Shown in pieces: positions 25,971 through 29,438 of a stretch of 29,438 nt of DNA (positions are counted from its first letter, which is position 1; every line of letters begins with the position of its first letter). The stretch comes from Myxococcota bacterium (GTDB lineage Bacteria > Myxococcota_A > UBA796 > GCA-2862545). The position numbers and the translations under genes were made by a program. The notes under the pieces are model-generated. The model was not told where the DNA came from. It did no database searches and was given only the letters and a program-made list of their open reading frames with translations. Location of the stretch: assembly GCA_039208735.1 (NCBI GenBank), contig JBCCQY010000112.1, positions 1-29,438 on the forward strand, written 5' to 3'.

Positions 25971-28250
25971 ATGCCTCGCCTGTCGGTAGCTTGGACCTTG
26001 GCGCTCGTGGGAACGGGCGTGGGCGCGTCGCTCGCGCTCATGGGACAGGCAGTGCCTCCCTTTCATGTCCTTGGCCATGAGTTGGCCCAAGGAGCGTCGA
26101 CCGTAGCCAGTGTGGTCTTGCTCTTTTTGTCCCGCTACGCCCGTCGCCAGTTCCCCGAAGACTTCGACGCCGCCACACTCGCAGCCGTGGCCGCCCTGGT
26201 TGGATTGGGCTGTGGCCTACACGGTACCGTGTCCCTGGCCAATGCGCTCGAACATGGTTGTGAAACGGCCCACACGGGCCTGTTCTTTTGGCTCACCTGG
26301 GGCCCCTTGGGGGCATTAGCCATCACGATTGGCTTAGGCACTGCGTTCTGGCCCCTCCTCCGCGTCGTGGCGTTCGGTGCCGGCGTGGTGGCGCTTTCGG
26401 TGCTCCACAACAATCTTCGAAACGCTCTTCATGTCCGCGTTGCAGACCCCCTCATCGGCGAGCTGCTGTTCTTGGATCAGCGTGCGTCGATGAACCTCGA
26501 TCCACGTCACGTCCTTCAGCGAATGTGGCTTTTGGGCGTTTCCCTCGTGGCATGGAGACTCCTCCGGATTCGCCAAACGACGGGCAAATTCGACGCGCTG
26601 TCCATCGCCGCGGGCAGTCTCCTTGGGGTGGGAACGCTCGCGTGGGGCGGTCAGCTTCGCATGGGATTTGGACCAGGTGAACAGAACATTCTCGATGGCG
26701 TACATCAGGGCGAACATGTCGTGATTCGGTACGATCGGTCAGGCCGGGCTCGACATTACCTGCCGATGATCGAGCGGGAAGCAGAGTGGAGCATCTACCG
26801 ACTCACCGAAGCGTGGGGGTTTCCACGAGACGGCATTATCGTCAACCTCGATCTGTACGACAACGATGATGTGCGGCACGCGATTACAGGCAAACGTTCA
26901 GCGTTCGCCGGAGGTACAGGCTTCTTTGCTGCGATGACGTGGAAGGAAGCGCTCGACAAGAACACCATGTCTCACGAACTCGTGCACGTACTGGACGGTC
27001 TGGCCGATCGTCACTGGTTCGCGGACTTCAATCGAGGGCGCAACGAAGGCTCCGCGGAGGCCTGGACCGAGGGGTACGCCTGGGTGCCCGAAACTCACAA
27101 GATCGTCGCCGCAGCAGCCCGGAACAACCGCGTTCCTCCGGCGGAACAGCTGGTTGCCCCCGCCGGCTTCTGGGCGATCGAAGAGAACCTAGCCTACCGA
27201 GCATCGGGCTCCTTCATGGGCTTTCTTCTCCTCGAGCATGGCGTTGAACCCTGGCTGGAATGGCTCGCCACTCGGGACTTCGAACAAGCCTATGGGCGTC
27301 CTGTGCAGGCCCTCGGCGCAGACTGGCGCACCTTCTTGCTCGAACTCGAACCCGACGAAGATGCGCGGAAAACCGCAAATGTTGTGTTCGACCCCGTTCT
27401 CAAGCGTCCCGCGATTCGGCGACAATGCCCAAAACTGGGGGACCGTGAGCCGACGGAACTCGATCGTGCCCAACACGCCCAAAGAGCGAGGGACTACGAA
27501 ACGGCGTTGACGTCGTTCCGGGCGCTACAAGCCGAACACCCATCCCCCTACCTGTTTTGGCAGGTGCTTAAGCAACTATCGGGCCTTGGGCGCCACGCGG
27601 ACGTGCTGCGGGAATTGGAAGAGGTCGATGAGGCCGCCATTGGACCCATTCGAGTCGCAGAACGCCGAATCGAGTCCTTGGCCGCCATCGATGAACAAGG
27701 ACCCGCGCTCGCGAACGCGATCGAGGCCCGATTGGCGTTGGGGCCCGATGCCAAGTTCGAAGACGCCTTGAGGCTGCTTGCAGTGCCCGAATTGGCGCCC
27801 CACATACCCCTGGCCTTGCGACGAGACAGCCCTGGCTTCAAGCTCGACTTGTTCAGCACGCTGGGGCGGCTCTCGGGCGCTCACCTTGAACATGCCAATG
27901 ACCTCCAAGCCTTGGTGCTCGACATGTGGGGGTTTCCCAAGCTCACGCACCGTGCTCGTCGGGCCGAAGCCAGAAAGGCGATGCAGAGGGCGCTGGCTCG
28001 TTGGGCGGTCGACCCTGCGGCGTGCGACCCTTCGCCAGACGACTGGGCCTACCTCGCCAGGCGCCTCATTCAGATGGAGGACTGTGATCTCGCCAATACA
28101 TTGCTCAACGCGTTGGCCTCGCCCTGTGAAGGTGCGGCCCACCAATGGCGTCTCGATCAACTTCGCGAACGCCTGCGATGGGAGCAGAAGTTCAACCATG
28201 AGAGTCGGTGTTCGCAGTTGCTTGGCGCCGCTCAGGGCGACAACCCCTGA
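25971..28250 (+). CDS. Multi-pass membrane protein with gluzincin (peptidase MA-like) domain and TPR-like helical C-terminus (759 aa)
   Basis: About 6-7 N-terminal TM segments, HELVH followed by NEGSAE (third Zn ligand), AYRASGSFMGFL, FEQAYG..+..L..DW, helical repeat-like tail. Confidence 0.85.
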   Translation: MPRLSVAWTLALVGTGVGASLALMGQAVPPFHVLGHELAQGASTVASVVLLFLSRYARRQFPEDFDAATLAAVAALVGLGCGLHGTVSLANALEHGCETAHTGLFFWLTWGPLGALAITIGLGTAFWPLLRVVAFGAGVVALSVLHNNLRNALHVRVADPLIGELLFLDQRASMNLDPRHVLQRMWLLGVSLVAWRLLRIRQTTGKFDALSIAAGSLLGVGTLAWGGQLRMGFGPGEQNILDGVHQGEHVVIRYDRSGRARHYLPMIEREAEWSIYRLTEAWGFPRDGIIVNLDLYDNDDVRHAITGKRSAFAGGTGFFAAMTWKEALDKNTMSHELVHVLDGLADRHWFADFNRGRNEGSAEAWTEGYAWVPETHKIVAAAARNNRVPPAEQLVAPAGFWAIEENLAYRASGSFMGFLLLEHGVEPWLEWLATRDFEQAYGRPVQALGADWRTFLLELEPDEDARKTANVVFDPVLKRPAIRRQCPKLGDREPTELDRAQHAQRARDYETALTSFRALQAEHPSPYLFWQVLKQLSGLGRHADVLRELEEVDEAAIGPIRVAERRIESLAAIDEQGPALANAIEARLALGPDAKFEDALRLLAVPELAPHIPLALRRDSPGFKLDLFSTLGRLSGAHLEHANDLQALVLDMWGFPKLTHRARRAEARKAMQRALARWAVDPAACDPSPDDWAYLARRLIQMEDCDLANTLLNALASPCEGAAHQWRLDQLRERLRWEQKFNHESRCSQLLGAAQGDNP

Positions 28251-28463
28251 CGCATGGCCATCCGCTCAGACCACCAACCGGCGGAAGCGATAGCCCAAGG
28301 TCCGACCGTTGTCAGTGATGCACAGGATTGTGGGTCAACACAATCAACGTGGTCTTGGGACCCCTCGCCAGCATCATACTTCGAACCCAGGAACACCAAC
28401 GTTTCGCAGCACTAGACGCGAGCGGTTGAACAGCCTATGCGTAGCTTCGCAGGGAGTAGAAAA

Positions 28464-29270
28464 ATGAGAAACTTGCTTTCATCGTTGATGTTCACTGTAT
28501 TGGGGTCAGGCTGTTTCGCGGGCAATAGCGGCGGGCAGTGGTACGTCATCCAGTTCAATCCGTTCGACTTGACCTCCGAGGTCGTGTGCACAGAGAACTT
28601 CGCCGACCTTTCATGTTTCGATGCCTTGGAGCCTGAAGATGGCCCGGTGGTCGAAACGACGACTGAGGAGAGTGGACTTAGCCTCACGGTTCTGTTGCTC
28701 GACCAGGGACATGATTGCCCGACGCTTGTCGTCGACGACCTTGTGGTTCTCGGCGAGGTCATTGAAGATGGCTATCGCTACAACTTCGATGCTTCCGAGG
28801 CGACGGATCGCAACATCACCGATCCCAGCACCTGGGCCTCCACGTACCGGGAACAGCTGACCGACACGTGGTCACTTACCTTGACCAAGACCGATGACAA
28901 GGGTGTGTTCAACGCCTCTTTGAGTGAGACCTATGAGTTACAGGAGACGGGTTCCTTCACGGACCAGCTCGACGATTTGACGAACCTACAGTCGATTGTT
29001 CCAGACCCCTTCTTCTGGCCGCTTGGCTACCTCGTATTTGTCGGTGAGGACCCTGGTTACTACTACGACGATGGGTATGCACCGGATGAGGATGATTGCG
29101 ACGGCCCGGATTGCACCTTCAGCTTTACGCAATCCTGGACCTTGGAAGGCACGGGCTCAGCCAAGCTCGCCGCAGATCTAGCCGTGACGGACGATGTCGA
29201 TCCCACCACATGGGGCCAGGCCCCGGGCGTCGGTGACGAACCGTTCTGGATTGGAACGAACGGGTTCTAA
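28464..29270 (+). CDS. Acidic hypothetical lipoprotein (268 aa)
   Basis: GGGAG before ATG 28464, GSGC lipobox, Asp/Glu/Thr-rich beta-strand pattern with several Cys. Confidence 0.8.
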   Translation: MRNLLSSLMFTVLGSGCFAGNSGGQWYVIQFNPFDLTSEVVCTENFADLSCFDALEPEDGPVVETTTEESGLSLTVLLLDQGHDCPTLVVDDLVVLGEVIEDGYRYNFDASEATDRNITDPSTWASTYREQLTDTWSLTLTKTDDKGVFNASLSETYELQETGSFTDQLDDLTNLQSIVPDPFFWPLGYLVFVGEDPGYYYDDGYAPDEDDCDGPDCTFSFTQSWTLEGTGSAKLAADLAVTDDVDPTTWGQAPGVGDEPFWIGTNGF

Positions 29271-29438
29271 AGCGTGTGGACGGTGCCCACACCCCCCTTC
29301 CGATATGTACGACCGGCTGTCAACCCCCTGACGTTCGCGGTGGTCCAGGCCCACTCGAGGCGTTCTGGAAGACAGGCGAGACGGGCAATATCGACGACGA
29401 GTCACTCTGATATTCGTGGGTTACGTCGTCGGAACGAC

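Noticed and set aside
1..29438. CRISPR array, tRNA/rRNA, prophage or recognised defence system
   Set aside because: No regularly spaced repeats, RNA-gene signatures, phage structural genes or known defence-gene motifs were seen by eye. A covariance/HMM scan would be needed to exclude divergent ones.

Overview
GC-rich bacterial chromosomal segment, probably Myxococcota. This is inferred from the many Cys-lipoproteins, a MYXO-CTERM-like tail, TIGR02996/LRR and DUF1554-like proteins, and a PYP-like domain. It has about 28 genes, mostly accessory or uncharacterised, and I see no rRNA, tRNA or CRISPR array. The left edge holds the 5' end of an IS630-family element inserted at a TA inside a remnant of an acetylene-hydratase-like molybdo/tungsto-enzyme gene; neither is in the ORF track. 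The best candidate for an undescribed system is the minus-strand operon 5263-3113. It encodes an HPD-less J-like/BACON-like protein (one frameshift) translationally coupled to a photoactive-yellow-protein-like sensor (C69, E46, R52 kept; Y42F, T50A) fused to a histidine kinase with no phospho-acceptor His and degenerate ATP boxes. The middle has regulator/enzyme cassettes: TetR + sterol-desaturase-family, LysR + DUF4260 + aldo-keto reductase, TetR + CocE/NonD, methyltransferase/GNAT, and LysR + two uncharacterised lipoproteins. A putative TetR operator recurs about 8.7 kb away. The right part is rich in surface proteins: a double DUF1554-like lipoprotein, a divergent lytic-transglycosylase-like protein with a sorting tail, a 65-aa micro-lipoprotein, a coiled-coil fibre and a membrane gluzincin. 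Two genes are split by one extra base in G-runs, possibly sequencing error. All family calls come from motif recognition by eye; no searches were run.
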